Made by a program: the position numbers and the translations under genes. Of a DNA stretch of 64,000 nt, positions 51,501 through 64,000 are shown piece by piece. The notes beneath the pieces are model-generated. The model did no database searches and was not told where the DNA came from. It saw only the letters and a list, made by a program, of their open reading frames with translations. The stretch is from Octopus sinensis (Eukaryota). Numbering within the stretch: position 1 is the stretch's first letter; each line of letters begins with the position of its first letter. The stretch is from the NCBI RefSeq assembly GCF_006345805.1, contig NC_043003.1, forward strand, positions 44,516,001 through 44,580,000, given 5' to 3'.

Positions 51501-54085
51501 ATTAAAATTATTAGTATTGAGCCCTGTATTCTGGCAGAGGTAGAAACGGTTGCTGTTTCTTCCACTATAGTCGACTGCGCCATTAATGCTGTTACAGTTA
51601 CTTTAACTTTGCTATCACAGCAATGCTCATCGTTAGTTACCACCAATGGTGCCTTGATCTGTATAGGTGCCGCTAGCCTTTATAGCTATGGCGACAGTAT
51701 AACCGTTATTTATTTAAATCTGGCCCCTTTGCTACTACTACTGAGTGGTATTATGAAATGTTGTTTAGTTACGACGTTGTCTTGTATTTGAGATAATCAT
51801 ATAGGTAATAATAGGACGAAAAGAAGTAACTTGGTGAAAAGGCCAAACTCCAAGTTTCGGCAGATGGTGAGAAGAGTATCACGAATGGGACTCCACATTT
51901 CTGTGCGATCACGAGACAAATATACACGACTAAACCCGATAGAGATACCTGCGCTAAACATTTATCAATATAAGCATAATTATGTCGGCTTCCAATTTCT
52001 TCCTTTGAAATAATGCGTTAAACTAATGCTCTTGTTTATCATTGTAAATAAAACTCTTGAAGAATTTTACAATTTCATATAATATATTATGGTTCATTAT
52101 GCTCGACTCTAAAACCGTTATAAAATGTGAAACTTAAAATAATTTCATACTTTACATTAAAATGAAATTATCTACTCAAGTTTACTTATCCTTTGAAGTA
52201 AGAATTATTCAAGATTAATTTTAAAGTGTCGAAAGTAGATTGCTAAATTCATATAACTGAAAGTATATTCTTTAGATAAGACGAATTCCCGTAAATGAGA
52301 ATCATAACCATTATTACACTGTTAATGTTTGATTAAAAGAACATCTTTGAAAATCACTGCATTCAAAATAAACTATATCGTAAAGGTCTAAAAATCTCTG
52401 GAAATTTAAATCTTAAAAATTATGAACGTGATATAGAATGAAATTAATTCGGAATATTATTCCTACAAAACACGGAAACATATATTTATATGTTAGTCAT
52501 AAATCACAGGGAAAACCTGAAACCTCTGCAGAGATTTATTACAACGATTTAATCAACAATATTTTCCGGGGCTGCCAAACTCTGTTCTTTCATATGAACT
52601 AACAGATAATTAATACCAAAAACATTGCGTCAGTGATCTGTTTCCTATAATACAGTACAGGAGAGAAGTGTGTATGGAACAACGTCTTTAACTTACAATG
52701 CATCTTGTTATTGGATCCTAGAATTACAGAATGTCTAACTCCGTATAAAGATTAAATTTTATTTTTTCACATAAGGTTACTACACCTATATAGATAATGA
52801 TCTAAACTATAGAATGCAAATAATAAAAAGTAAATATACTAGAATTTTTCTCATGTCTTGTCTGTACCTCTAGTATTACTACCCAGCGCGATCCATTTGG
52901 GCACGTAAAGTACACTTCTATACATATTGGCAAATGTATCTGTGATTACATCAATTTTCCTCTTTAAACGTAATCTACTACGTTTCATTATTTTATGTAG
53001 TTTTGTATCCCGGTTTCTTAATGTATTATGCCTTATCACAGTAAGAATTTACACTTTATTTCTTGCAGTCAAGAAATGAAAGACATACTGATGATATAGA
53101 GTGGTCGCTAGGAAAGCAGAAAATTTGAAGGCAAAACTAACAAGGATTAATTAGATCATCAATAGATAAGTGGTTTCTGTTATGAAATGAGCGCGTGATC
53201 ATAACAAACATTGACGTCATTTGCTTCTGATTGAACCCCACATCATGAATGAAAGTTGTGGAAGGAAACAGCTATCAAACTTTCAGACAAAAATTATTAT
53301 GCTTTTGAAAAGTGAAAATCCGAATTTGGGACTCACTAAATATTGAACTGTGAATAGAATTGCATGGAAGACATTTTGGTTATTTGTGAGTGTTAATGTA
53401 TCTCATGTTTTGTGACCCTTATTATTTATTAGTGATCTTGTGAAAATATATATCGACATTTCATGAATTGTCCACTTTTCTAGCGAACACGGTGATGTAC
53501 CGGTTGCTTACAAATGATATATGAATGATAAATATAGACAATGGTAAAAGAAGCATGGGCCGGCAAATTATGAAATATGTAAAAGAAAAAAAAATATATA
53601 GGAATACCATACATAATCCGGAAACAAATAATTATTTCATTATAAACAATATTTATTCTATTCTATGGTTACTGAATCCCTTATAATTATATTAGCAATG
53701 TAAATACAACCTCTAGAGGAGTAACGGAGTTCAAATTCTTGCTTCATTTGAAACCACATTAAAATGCATGATTTCACTGATATTAATACGTAATTCATCT
53801 ATAGGGACGTTGTTATGAATGAACAATAAAATACTTTTGTTCATAGATGAAACATGATTGAAAAAGTATATCAAAACATATTTTTGATGTTCAGATAATG
53901 TATTTTCGGTGAAGTCAAAGTCTAACGAGGGTTCATTTAGCTGAGAAAGTGACTGATATTTCAAGAAAACGGAACTGATATGTAGACAAATTGCCATCAG
54001 GAAATCCGTACGTTAAAATAGCCCTGTATAATTTTATATTTTATTAGTATTTCCATCGAATATACGTTTAGTTTTCTCCGAGTTA

Positions 54086-55371
54086 TTAGCTTGTCAAGAA
54101 GGTTTTTGTGCCTTTTAACCCTTAAATTCAGATGCACACATCTCGGCTCAAACAAAACTTTATTAATCGAAATAAACACGATCAGAATCAACGCACTTTT
54201 GCCAACGCGAAACAAGTTTATTTATGCCAGTAGCGTAAAGGTTTTGCGTTGAGGTGACAAAGACGTTGTTGAAGAAGTGTCTGGCATCATCTTGGCTTGT
54301 GAAGCATTTCCCACGCAGGAAGTTGTCGAGATGCTTGAAAAAGTTGTAGTCGGTAGGCAAGAGGTAGGTCAGTATAGCGGATGAGGCAGAGTTTGGTAAC
54401 CCAATTTGTTCAACTTCTCCAGGGTCAGTTGTGCGACTTGCAGCCGAGCGTTGTCATGGAGAAGAATTTCTCCTTTTGTTTTGACCAATTCTGGCTGTTG
54501 TTGTCGGCTTTTCTTATGCATTTCATCCATTTTCTGACAGTATTTCGCCCTAATGCTTTCGCGCGGATCCAAAAAGCTATGATGGATGAGACCGGCCGCA
54601 GACCACCAAATAGTCACCATGAATTTCTTTTAGTGCAATTTCGGCTTCGTGAAGTGCCGTGGAACTTCGGCCTCCAACCACTGAGCTGAGTGTCGCCTGT
54701 TATCGTAAAGAATCCACCTTTCATCGCAAGTCACAATCCGGTTGACAAATATGTCGTTCTAGTTGAGTAAAAGGGGACTCTTGTCGTGCGGCACACATTT
54801 CTCAAGTATTTTCGTTGTTCCAACATTTTTCAAGTGATTGGAAATTGTCGTATACGTTACGTCTAATTCAGAAGCAACCTCTTGACCAGTTGTGCGTGGA
54901 TTGGCTTCCACAAAGTATCTTAGTTGATCGTTGTCAACATCCACGGCCGACTACTACGCTGGTTTCTCCTCACCCTAACCGGATAAATATTTCGCCTTTT
55001 AATACGCTTATCATCTTCAGGACTCTCGTCACCGCTACGAAATTTCTTGAACCACAATTTTGCTGTACATTCATTAGTGGTTCCTTGCCAAACGCATCGC
55101 TGATATCACGGGCTGTTGCAGGAGCCTTTCGGCTTAGCTTGAACCGGAATAAGAAAATTGTGCAAATTTGCTTTTTGTCCATGTTGTATTCAACGTTTTG
55201 GAGAAAATGACCTAATTATTCAAAAAGAAAACGAGTAACAGGATTAGATAGAGCGACACACGGGCTTCGAAATGAAATATAAGGTCAAAGTAATTTAGCG
55301 AGAATTAATTTGAAAATATATCATTTAAAACCAAAGTTAAAAATTCCACAAGAACTTTCTTGACAACCTAA
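54086..55371 (-). mobile_element. Full-span mariner (DD34D) transposon, 1286 bp, imperfect TIRs and TA target duplication; transposase broken
   Basis: Left TA|ttagcttgtcaagaaggtttttgtgcctttt and right aaaattccacaagaactttcttgacaacctaa|TA. Fragments read MDKKQICTIFLF, DNDQLR..VEANPRTT, RIVTCDERWILYDN, VTIWWSAAGLIHH, LLHDNAR, PHPLY..LPTDY, GINKLVSRWQKCVDS. Confidence 0.95.
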
Positions 55372-56054
55372 TAATTTTTCCCAAGTACACATGATGCTTT
55401 AGGAAATGATTATTATATAAAAACAAACAAACACTATATAGTTATAATTACCAGATATTTATATACGGATAAATTAAAGATTCTTGGATTGCCTAATGTC
55501 GAAACCAATCAATGAAACTATTTATTTGAACTAAGTCAGAATGGTTTTCAATTTCATATTCTTACATCTCATATTAGTAGATCAACTTATAACTTTGTAT
55601 AGGGAAGACATGGCAACTAATTACGAAATAATTATATACAATAATATGCTAATAATCAATCTCGAAATGTATTGAAACTCGAGAGATGGAATTGGCTTTC
55701 CAATTTGCCTAGAATAACGCATAATCAGGAAAATCAAAGGACGGCTTCATCGATCAGAAATATCTTTCACTACAAATTATTGATTGTACATTGAATAGCT
55801 CGCCATACAATGTAAGAAGCCAAATTTAGACCCGCATTTCTACGAAATTAGAGAAATGTGTCCTGATGCAAAAATCAACATGGTAAATCGGTCATATGCT
55901 CAATTGTTCAAAGTTCTCAATATCTTCACCAGAGTTAGCGCTCTGTTTGCTCCTCCACAATAATCTAGTACTTATCTACGAAAACTGGAAATCGTTATGA
56001 ATCTCATATCACTTTTCATTAGTTTATGCATGCTTCCATATACGAATTCTTATG

Positions 56055-56145
56055 TATACACACAAACACACACACACATACACACACGCACACACGCACA
56101 CACACTCAAACACACACACATACACACGCACACACACACACATAT
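56055..56145. repeat. Degenerate (CA)n
   Basis: Seen directly. Confidence 0.9.
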
Positions 56146-56289
56146 ATGCTTGTGTGAGTGTGTGTGTAGTCATATATTCATACATATGCATACATGCAAA
56201 TCTTTTATGTATATATAAATTGATATATACAGCTAGGCGCTGAATGTAATACCGCAAAAGAAATTCACAGACACACATATCCCTCAGGG

Positions 56290-56870
56290 TCTCTAATTGT
56301 GGTAAAAGTTGCTTGACATGCAGTGACTACACCTGATCATCGTCAAGGTATCGCCAGATACCGATTGTGGACACTATTGAATGCCTTAGACTTGTCTAGA
56401 TGTACTAGTGCTCCACCTTTACTGGGAACTTTACCAACGCTTTAACGGTTCCTGGCAGCAGATAGAGCAACTCACAAGTGGCATTTTCCCTGTCCTCAAA
56501 ATGCGGATCCATTTCAACTTGGTCAGCCACAAGCCGAGGCAATACACGACGGCCAGGCGGTAGGCTATCAATGAAGTTATATCTTCCTTCCTGGGAGAGC
56601 ACATGTCCGTGCCTCTCTCACTAGGGTCCCCTACAACAATCCTCACTCTCTTGGCGGCTAGCAATATCGCAAAATCTTTAACCCTGTGTTTAGCAGAGTT
56701 ACATGCCGAAAGCTATTTATATTATTCCCCTTGCTCGGCTGCTTCCTGATCAGTGTCAGAGATTTGGGAATTCTGTACACACCCTGAGACAAGTTCCTTT
56801 TCTCCAGACGGATCTTTCTCGCTAGGTGGAAGTTAAAATAACGTAGGATTTGCAACTCGTCAATCTGTTG
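56290..56870 (-). mobile_element. L1/Tx1-clade RT remnant
   Basis: FRHVTLLNTGLKIL (cf. RPITLLNTDYKIL), ARTCALPGRKI (cf. QTCAVPGRSI), MPLVSCSICCQEPL (cf. CPLSPLLYVLALEPL), RYLDDD (cf. AYADD). Confidence 0.75.
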
Positions 56871-57118
56871 AAGAGATATAGGCTGGCAGATCGATATAGA
56901 CTTTATAGTCCGAGCGTTCCAAGGTGGACTTGCACTAATAACGACGGATCAATCAGGTCATACATAGACAGGATTATAGTTAATGCTAGAAACAAAAAAG
57001 AGAATAATCAAGGGGAATAAAACCGCGGATTAACAAGAACCCATGAATGATATATTTTTATTCGCATGTCCTATTTTCATTGTAAATCTAGATGTTTCAT
57101 TCCGATTTCATTCAAATT

Positions 57119-57392
57119 ATTATGATTTTAACCCAGACCCCTGTAAGTCTATCCTCGTTTCGTCTCCGACAGAATCAAGACAGCTAAAACATAAGCCACG
57201 TCTTTCTATTTTTGGAACTTGTTCTCTCCTTTCTGTAGGCAATAAAGAAATACAGAAGCAAGACAGCCGCAACATAAACCACATCTTTCTATTTGAAGAT
57301 TTTGAAAATCAGAGTTAAGTGGGAAACCGGTGAAATCTTCAAATATATTAATAAAAAAATATTATAACTTTCGTCAGTGCATTTTCAGCTAC

Positions 57393-57456
<64 letters not shown>

Positions 57457-57835
57457 TACACACATACAATCATCATATATGGACGTAATTATGATTTTAA
57501 CCCAGACCCCTGTAAGTCTATCCTCGTTCGTCTCCGACAGAATCAAGACAGCTAAAACATAAGCTACGTCTTTCTATTTTTGGAACTTGTTCTCTCCTTC
57601 TGTAGGCAATAAAGAAATACAGAAGCAAGACAGCCGCAACATAAACCACATCTTTCTATTTGAAGATTTTGAAAATCAGAGTTAAGTGGAAACCGGTGAA
57701 ATCTTCAAATATATAATAAAAAAATATTATAACTTTCGTCAGTGCATTTTCAGCTACATTTCATATATATATATATATATAATATATATATATATATGCA
57801 TACACACATACAATCATCATAATATGGACGTAATT
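57119..57835. repeat. Head-to-tail tandem duplication, ~369-bp unit x2, each containing (TA)n
   Basis: attatgattttaacccagacccc at 57119 and 57488; both copies end atatggacgtaatt. Confidence 0.97.
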
Positions 57836-59057
57836 CGGACTTTTAAAATATTTTTAGCTTAGATGAATGATTTTTAATTCACTAATTGCCGAGAAGTGCG
57901 AAAATATTATTAATCTGCTAAAAATATGCACAGTAAAATAGCACTTATCTATTTTAATCAATGTTCACTGCATGCAGCATATAAACTATGACCACTGACA
58001 CTCATATTCCTTAAAGTTTTATTCGTATACTTCCGTTGTCATTATTCATAACTATGGAGATATATCGATAATTATTAAGCGCATTGGTTGAAATACTGTA
58101 TTTTCACAATGATTTCGTTCCTGTTAATGGTCATTTGATATTTTGATGGACAGTAAAACGTTAAGTTCACGTGATATTTTATTTCACAACTGATATATCT
58201 CCAGTGGCCTCTATGAATCTGAATTAATTGCATATGTGTAAATAGGTGTTTTTATTTTAAGACCACGAAGCTGGTGATTTATATCTAGTCACCATATGTT
58301 TGGTTGTACCACACAGTGCGAGTGACTAACATTGAGAATTAACCATCATTAGCAACAACAATACAAGATGGACAGTAAAGTAATTAATCTCGGTAAGCAT
58401 TGCAGTGATTCATTGATGTCATAAGATAGAAATGTATAAGATTTGTAAAAAAGCAAAAGTATATATTACAGGCGTATGGGCAAATAAATTCGATGGAAAT
58501 GAAACTGTTTTTTTTATCTTTGTAATACCTGAATACACTGGAAAGATTTGAGCTTGATACGTAAAGAATTTAAACAGGTGCCGCAATGTCATGGTGGTGT
58601 TTGTTAAATAGTTGTCCAAATCTAATTACATGCGATGATAACCTAAATCGACATTTAACATCAACACTACAACACCAAATAAGAGGTATCTTCAATTTGA
58701 TATTTTATTAAAGCAAGAGTATTTTCATTAAATTTATTCACGATAATATATGAGGTATTCTCGATAACCCTCTAGGAAATCTAGCGAAAATATCAGGGTC
58801 TACCTTTAAATAGTATCTCTCATTCGATTGACAACATATCCGTTTCTCTGATGAGTGGATGTTTTACCTCATAACGATTATCAATTTGGGATTCCAGTTA
58901 GAAATGTAATACGTTCATGAAACGATCGTTAGATATCTCAAACCATTTAAATAATCATACTTTATATATTTATCTTATCTATTAATGCAATATTATTTAC
59001 ATTATGGACGTATATCTTCTGTAATTTTTTATGTACTTTTTCTGCACTTATTTTATT

Positions 59058-59077
59058 ATATATATATATATATATAT

Positions 59078-59144
<67 letters not shown>

Positions 59145-59145
59145 T

Positions 59146-59179
<34 letters not shown>

Positions 59180-59212
59180 CTGTATAGATACACATGTGTG
59201 TGGGTGTGTATA

Positions 59213-59252
<40 letters not shown>
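59058..59252. repeat. (TA)n(TAGA)n(TA)n
   Basis: Seen directly. Confidence 0.97.
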
Positions 59253-59256
<4 letters not shown>

Positions 59257-59339
59257 TATGCGTAAAGGAATAGGTTAAGAAGAAAGCAAACGTATATTAT
59301 AGTGCATGTGTGTATGTCTCTAAACACATCTTTCTTTCT

Positions 59340-59600
59340 CTCCTTGATTCATCAGGTCCCACTACCACTTTAACTAGTACTTCTATTTTTAGAAACTTCA
59401 TTTTATCTTATGCTGCCCTTCCTTTTTGAGGTTTTCTACTCACTTTAGTACAACCTGCCGTACCATTTTCTTTACTTGTCTCAAGAGCTTAATGCCATTC
59501 ACACATATCACCCCACCTCCTACTTCTCACACATATTCCTTCCTTACATTCTTCATCCCACATCACCAGTTCTGCTTACCAAAAGTGGCCCACTAATTTG
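59340..59600 (-). mobile_element. Possible RTE-type LINE 3' remnant
   Basis: GICVRSRRWGDMCE and GCTKVSRKPQKG loosely resemble GIRCxVxERRLRWYGHV and GTCGRGRPRKTW. Confidence 0.25.
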
Positions 59601-60194
59601 CCAGGACGAGATCGTTTTGAATCTATGCTGTTCAGAGTAAGTCCACACTTCACATGATATACTCCCAAACTTACATGTTTTGGGAGTATAAACGTGATGG
59701 GCACGATCTTGGTTGGGGTAATGTTGGGTTTCTCCTTTCTCCCTGTGTTCAATTTAGCATGTTTCAACCAATTAGATGACGCTACTATAGTAGTTATGTA
59801 GGGGGTGGCAGAATAATGTAGACTGATAGTGCATCTGCTGCTAATGCAATCGCACATTTGCGGTGGAAGGACAAGCGTCCTCGAAGAGCGGACAAAGGAT
59901 CCTAAGGATACAGCAATTACAAGAGAAGAGTGCGGAAATTATTCCTATGTAAATATTTGTCGTGTCACCGCATATTTCAGCGCGTAGAAATATTCTTTTT
60001 GGTCCCTGTCTGTATGTCTGTCTCTGTCTGTCTGTATGTCTGTCTATCTCACTCTCTCTTTCTCTCTCTCTCTCTCTCTTCCTGTATATATAAATATGTA
60101 TGTGTGTGTGTGTTTGTGTGTGTGGGTATGCGCACACATGCGTCCGTTTGTGTGTGTGTGAGTGCGTCTGTTTGCGTTTGTGCGTGTGCGTAAT

Positions 60195-60305
60195 CCTTTG
60201 TGCATGTGTTTGTCACCTACTACCGCTTGATAACTAATGTGGATATGTTCAGTGGAACCCTACAAGATGGTGCCCCAGCATAGCCACCGTCTGGTGACTG
60301 AAATA
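60195..60305 (+). mobile_element. SINE family 1, 3' part with internal deletion
   Basis: gtgtttgtcacctactaccgcttgataac...atggtgccccagcatagccaccgtctggtgactgaaa. Confidence 0.7.
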
Positions 60306-60344
60306 TTACACACACACACAACACGCACACATACACGAACACAC

Positions 60345-60425
<81 letters not shown>

Positions 60426-60612
60426 GGTGGATATCATGAGGGAATATAATATATGTCGGTGCGTGCGGCTATGCAATATAAATAAGGTAGATAACTGTTG
60501 CGTTTCTGTTTTAGATCAAGTGGGATGCTCCACCGTAGAATCTTATCGGTGATCTTTGAAACTCTAAATTCTATTTACGGATAGTAATCAGTGTCTATAT
60601 TTCATTTACATG

Positions 60613-60690
<78 letters not shown>
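60345..60690. repeat. (TA)n tracts at 60345-60424 and 60614-60660, then (TG)n
   Basis: Seen directly. Confidence 0.97.
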
Positions 60691-60691
<1 letters not shown>

Positions 60692-63600
60692 CTCCTCGTA
60701 TGAATAATTGATACTTCAAATTATTCATCTCCATGTAAAAGTGAAAAGAAAGAAATGTAAACTGAAAATGCGCAGAGAAAGATAATCTGTAAAAATGAGT
60801 GGCAAGTAAAATGTTACAAAATGGCTTTTTCTAAGTACTCTTGTAGACTTGAAACATGACCTTGCTTTGTAAGGATGTTGCTAATCTCAAGGATAAGCTT
60901 GTTTGTGATGTTCTATCGATTTTACAAAAGTGACGTTTAGCTTAAGTTGCTACTGATAAAATAATATTTCCTATCCAAGAAGCAAACTTTTGGTCCTTCT
61001 CAAACATTTGAAAACTTAACCCATTGTATTATTACGCTTAAGTTTTGTCTTCCTTTTATCCGGTGATATCAGGCAGCTTTATAGTTGTTGTAGGTTTTTG
61101 AAATTTCGCAAGTTGTTTAAATTAATTCTTAACACTTTGGTATGAACTGGATTCGCAAGTTTGCGGGAGGCGACATTAACACAACGTATGAATTGTCAAC
61201 CCCAACAAACGAGGGAGACTATGTAGCGTGATGTTCACACTTGGAAATATTGAACTACTTATTTTCACACAGGACAGAAACATACCGACATCATCAGTCA
61301 AGAAATTTGTTAGAAATATCTTAGGACTAACACTTATAAAATTCTTGATATTACCTATTACGCCAAAGTAATTCCTCTTTTCTCCAGCATTTTGGAACCT
61401 GAAATCACTTTAAAAGTGATTTTGCCTACAAATTATGAAAGAAAGCAGTTTATACTTGCATTAGTATTTACTTCCACTCAGGGTGTAGCCAATGCATCTG
61501 GGGCAAATTTTATTCACTATTATTTATAATAATAATTAAGGCATACTACCTGATGTTTTAATTCAGACCATATAAGCGGGAGTCAAAACCTCAGTTTAAA
61601 TAAAGAAACGGAAATTATATCATGTTGACCACCGTAAACATATAGATTGTGACTGATGATAGAAAAGTTTCAGTTTAGGTAAAGGATTATGTAATTTTGC
61701 TAACTTATCCCACCTTTCTTAAACCGTGAATGGTTAGGTATATGATTCAATCCATTCATGAACTTTGTACATGTTCAGTCTGCAGTAACAAATGTAATCA
61801 TGTTATAACTATTCAATATGCGTGAGCTTCCATATGTTTAGTGAAGTTGTATATTTAATTGCGTCGATTAAGAAAAATATCCTTCTGGAATTTGAGTATA
61901 ATAGTTTATAATATGAAGTGGTTTAGTCTGGAAGTTAATAAGACCGGCACTTAGTCATTCTTTAGCGGTTCAGTTCTTGGGTCACAATGCAATTTTTGTC
62001 CTAGCGTACAGTTCTTCATTTTATCCGCATACATACACGCAAGTGATTCAGAACTGAAAAGGTGTAATGCTGCAGAAAGTCACATCGGTCAGAGATCCAT
62101 TAATTCAAATTCACAGTTATGATTGTATGAATCAGGCTTCTCTTTGGAATCATGTAATCACCGCTATTATGTTTAACAATATGCAATATGAACTATCAAT
62201 AAGTGTAAGTAACTACCACCTATATATAAATTTTCAATTTGATGATTGCCAATGGCACTAAAATCTTTGTTTGGTATAATTTAATACAGAATGCAGGAAG
62301 TAAAGACTGCTAAATCTTCGTTCTATGGCAAATATGAAAATACCTCCAATAGAAAAGGATACAAAATCTGCTAACTATACAAAAGTAATCACTACAAATG
62401 TATTGAGTTTGTATTGGATTAGGCATAGCCTGACACATTGAGATAAAATTTAGAACAGGATGTGAAATGTCATTTCTATGACTCCGGAAGTATTCCCACC
62501 ATGAGTTTTTTACCTATTTTCCCATTATTAGATTCCCATTCTTGCTTGACACAACGGCTAGGCTAACGAACTAATACAGTGTCAGCTGAATAAAAATATT
62601 TTAGCTTGATTGTATGTACTGCTCCCAACTCATTATTAATGACGAGCTGATATTGGGTTCTCAGGCACAAGATGTTTCTTTCATCATAAGAGCGTTGGGC
62701 AATATTCAGTATTAAAATCAACCTTAATTTTATTAAACATTGTTATTTGTTAGAGCCTTTTCAAATTTTATAACTTAATCCATTTTTAGAACGGCCCTCT
62801 CTTCTAAAGATTACCTTTAACGATTTGAAATAGAACACTACAAACACGTTGAATTCAGTAAAAAATTCTAAATATTCGATATCGACATAAACGAGTAACT
62901 TTAATATTTTCATGTCATGCATTAATTAAGGGAAGCTTGAATTGAATAAAGCGTGGCATTTAAAAATCTTTTTTCTCGTAAACACATCGAAGAAAGCCCA
63001 AAATTTTCGTAGCTATTTATTGAATGTAACGTACATTTAAGCGTACACATCACAGAATTCTAATATAATCCCAGCCTTAATCAAAAGAAAGTATCCTTGT
63101 CGATGGCGCTAATTAAATTTTCTAACCATAACGTATTAAAACATGGCACATACTAAGAATATATTGCAGGCACTTATGTAAACTAATGATATATGCCACA
63201 CATTCTGCATTTCTAATTCATAAATTTCTGAAAGTTTATGTCTCTCCTCTTGCGTTAAATGATTTCTGCTGCCCATTTATCTAGTTTTACGCGTTCCGTG
63301 ATAATAAGATATATATACTAGAATTTACAGACCGGTGGAAGTGTCATGTTACCAATAAATAAAAATCCAGCAGTATTTAACTATCTTTTAACACGTTTAG
63401 GTATATTATTGATAAACGATACTGGGAGGAAGGAAATCTGATGCACATGCAATTATGTATCAAATCAAGGAAAAATATTTAAATTGCATTTTATGCTGTA
63501 TCTTATATTTGCATTCAATGGTGACCTTCAGCTCAAATTAGTCTTGATAGTCCATAAAAAATACTAACATCAGCCGTAATGGGTATAAAAACTGCTTGAA

Positions 63601-64000
63601 ATTTTCAATTCTAAACTTTAACGGTATATTTGAAAGAGAAGCGGATTTATGCGAGTGTATGTGGTATAAACATATTTTCCATTCACACGAACACATACTC
63701 AAACACACACACACATACACACACACGTATAAATTTATATATGTGTGTGTATGCATAAATATATATTTGTATTTATGTATGTGTATCTGCTTGTGTTTTG
63801 GGAGGATGATATCATTTATTTATTGTTAGCCACTTGATTAAAAACCTAACGAAGTTGTTTGTTTTTTTAAGTCCCAAATAAACCTTATAGAGAGAGTGCA
63901 TGCTTTGATGATATCGCGAAATGCGAAGAAAGTATTTTGACATAAAATCGAGTGAATATTTAACCTACACATTAAACAAACGATCGATTAATTAATAGGC

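Noticed and set aside
59825-59950. GC-rich possible exon (HLLLMQSHICGGRTSVLEERTKDP...)
   Set aside because: Weak acceptor and donor, an in-frame stop just upstream, and no recognisable homology.
61140-61230. Short frame GMNWIRKFAGGDINTTYELSTPTNEGDY
   Set aside because: Only ~30 codons with no convincing splice sites or motif.

Overview
AT-rich, microsatellite-dense animal genomic DNA. The SINE and LINE content is what I associate with an octopus/coleoid cephalopod; that is an inference, not a database result. There is no intact protein-coding gene, rRNA, true tRNA or CRISPR array, and almost all long ORFs in the track are translated microsatellites. The most interesting signal is at the 5' end and is not explained by the ORF track. 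Manual three-frame reading of the + strand at ~3310-5880 gives a collinear, apparently intron-free, stop- and frameshift-riddled GABA-B-like class C GPCR, from the Venus-flytrap domain to TM7. A detached signal-peptide-like N-terminus lies at 1741-1930, and a probable 7TM tail of a second decayed paralog lies at 1-770, which suggests a tandem receptor cluster. The rest of the window is dominated by R4/Dong-clade (restriction-like endonuclease) LINE pieces from at least three subfamilies. They form polarised stacks inside (AAT)n tracts together with a ~560-bp non-coding element, plus an unusual head-to-tail stack of three 5'-half LINEs. Also present are a TIR-complete 1286-bp mariner, a DD37D maT remnant, RTE/CR1/Tx1 remnants, two tRNA-derived SINE families and two near-identical tandem duplications that may be assembly artefacts. 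All homologies are by eye against protein motifs recalled from memory; remnant boundaries are approximate.
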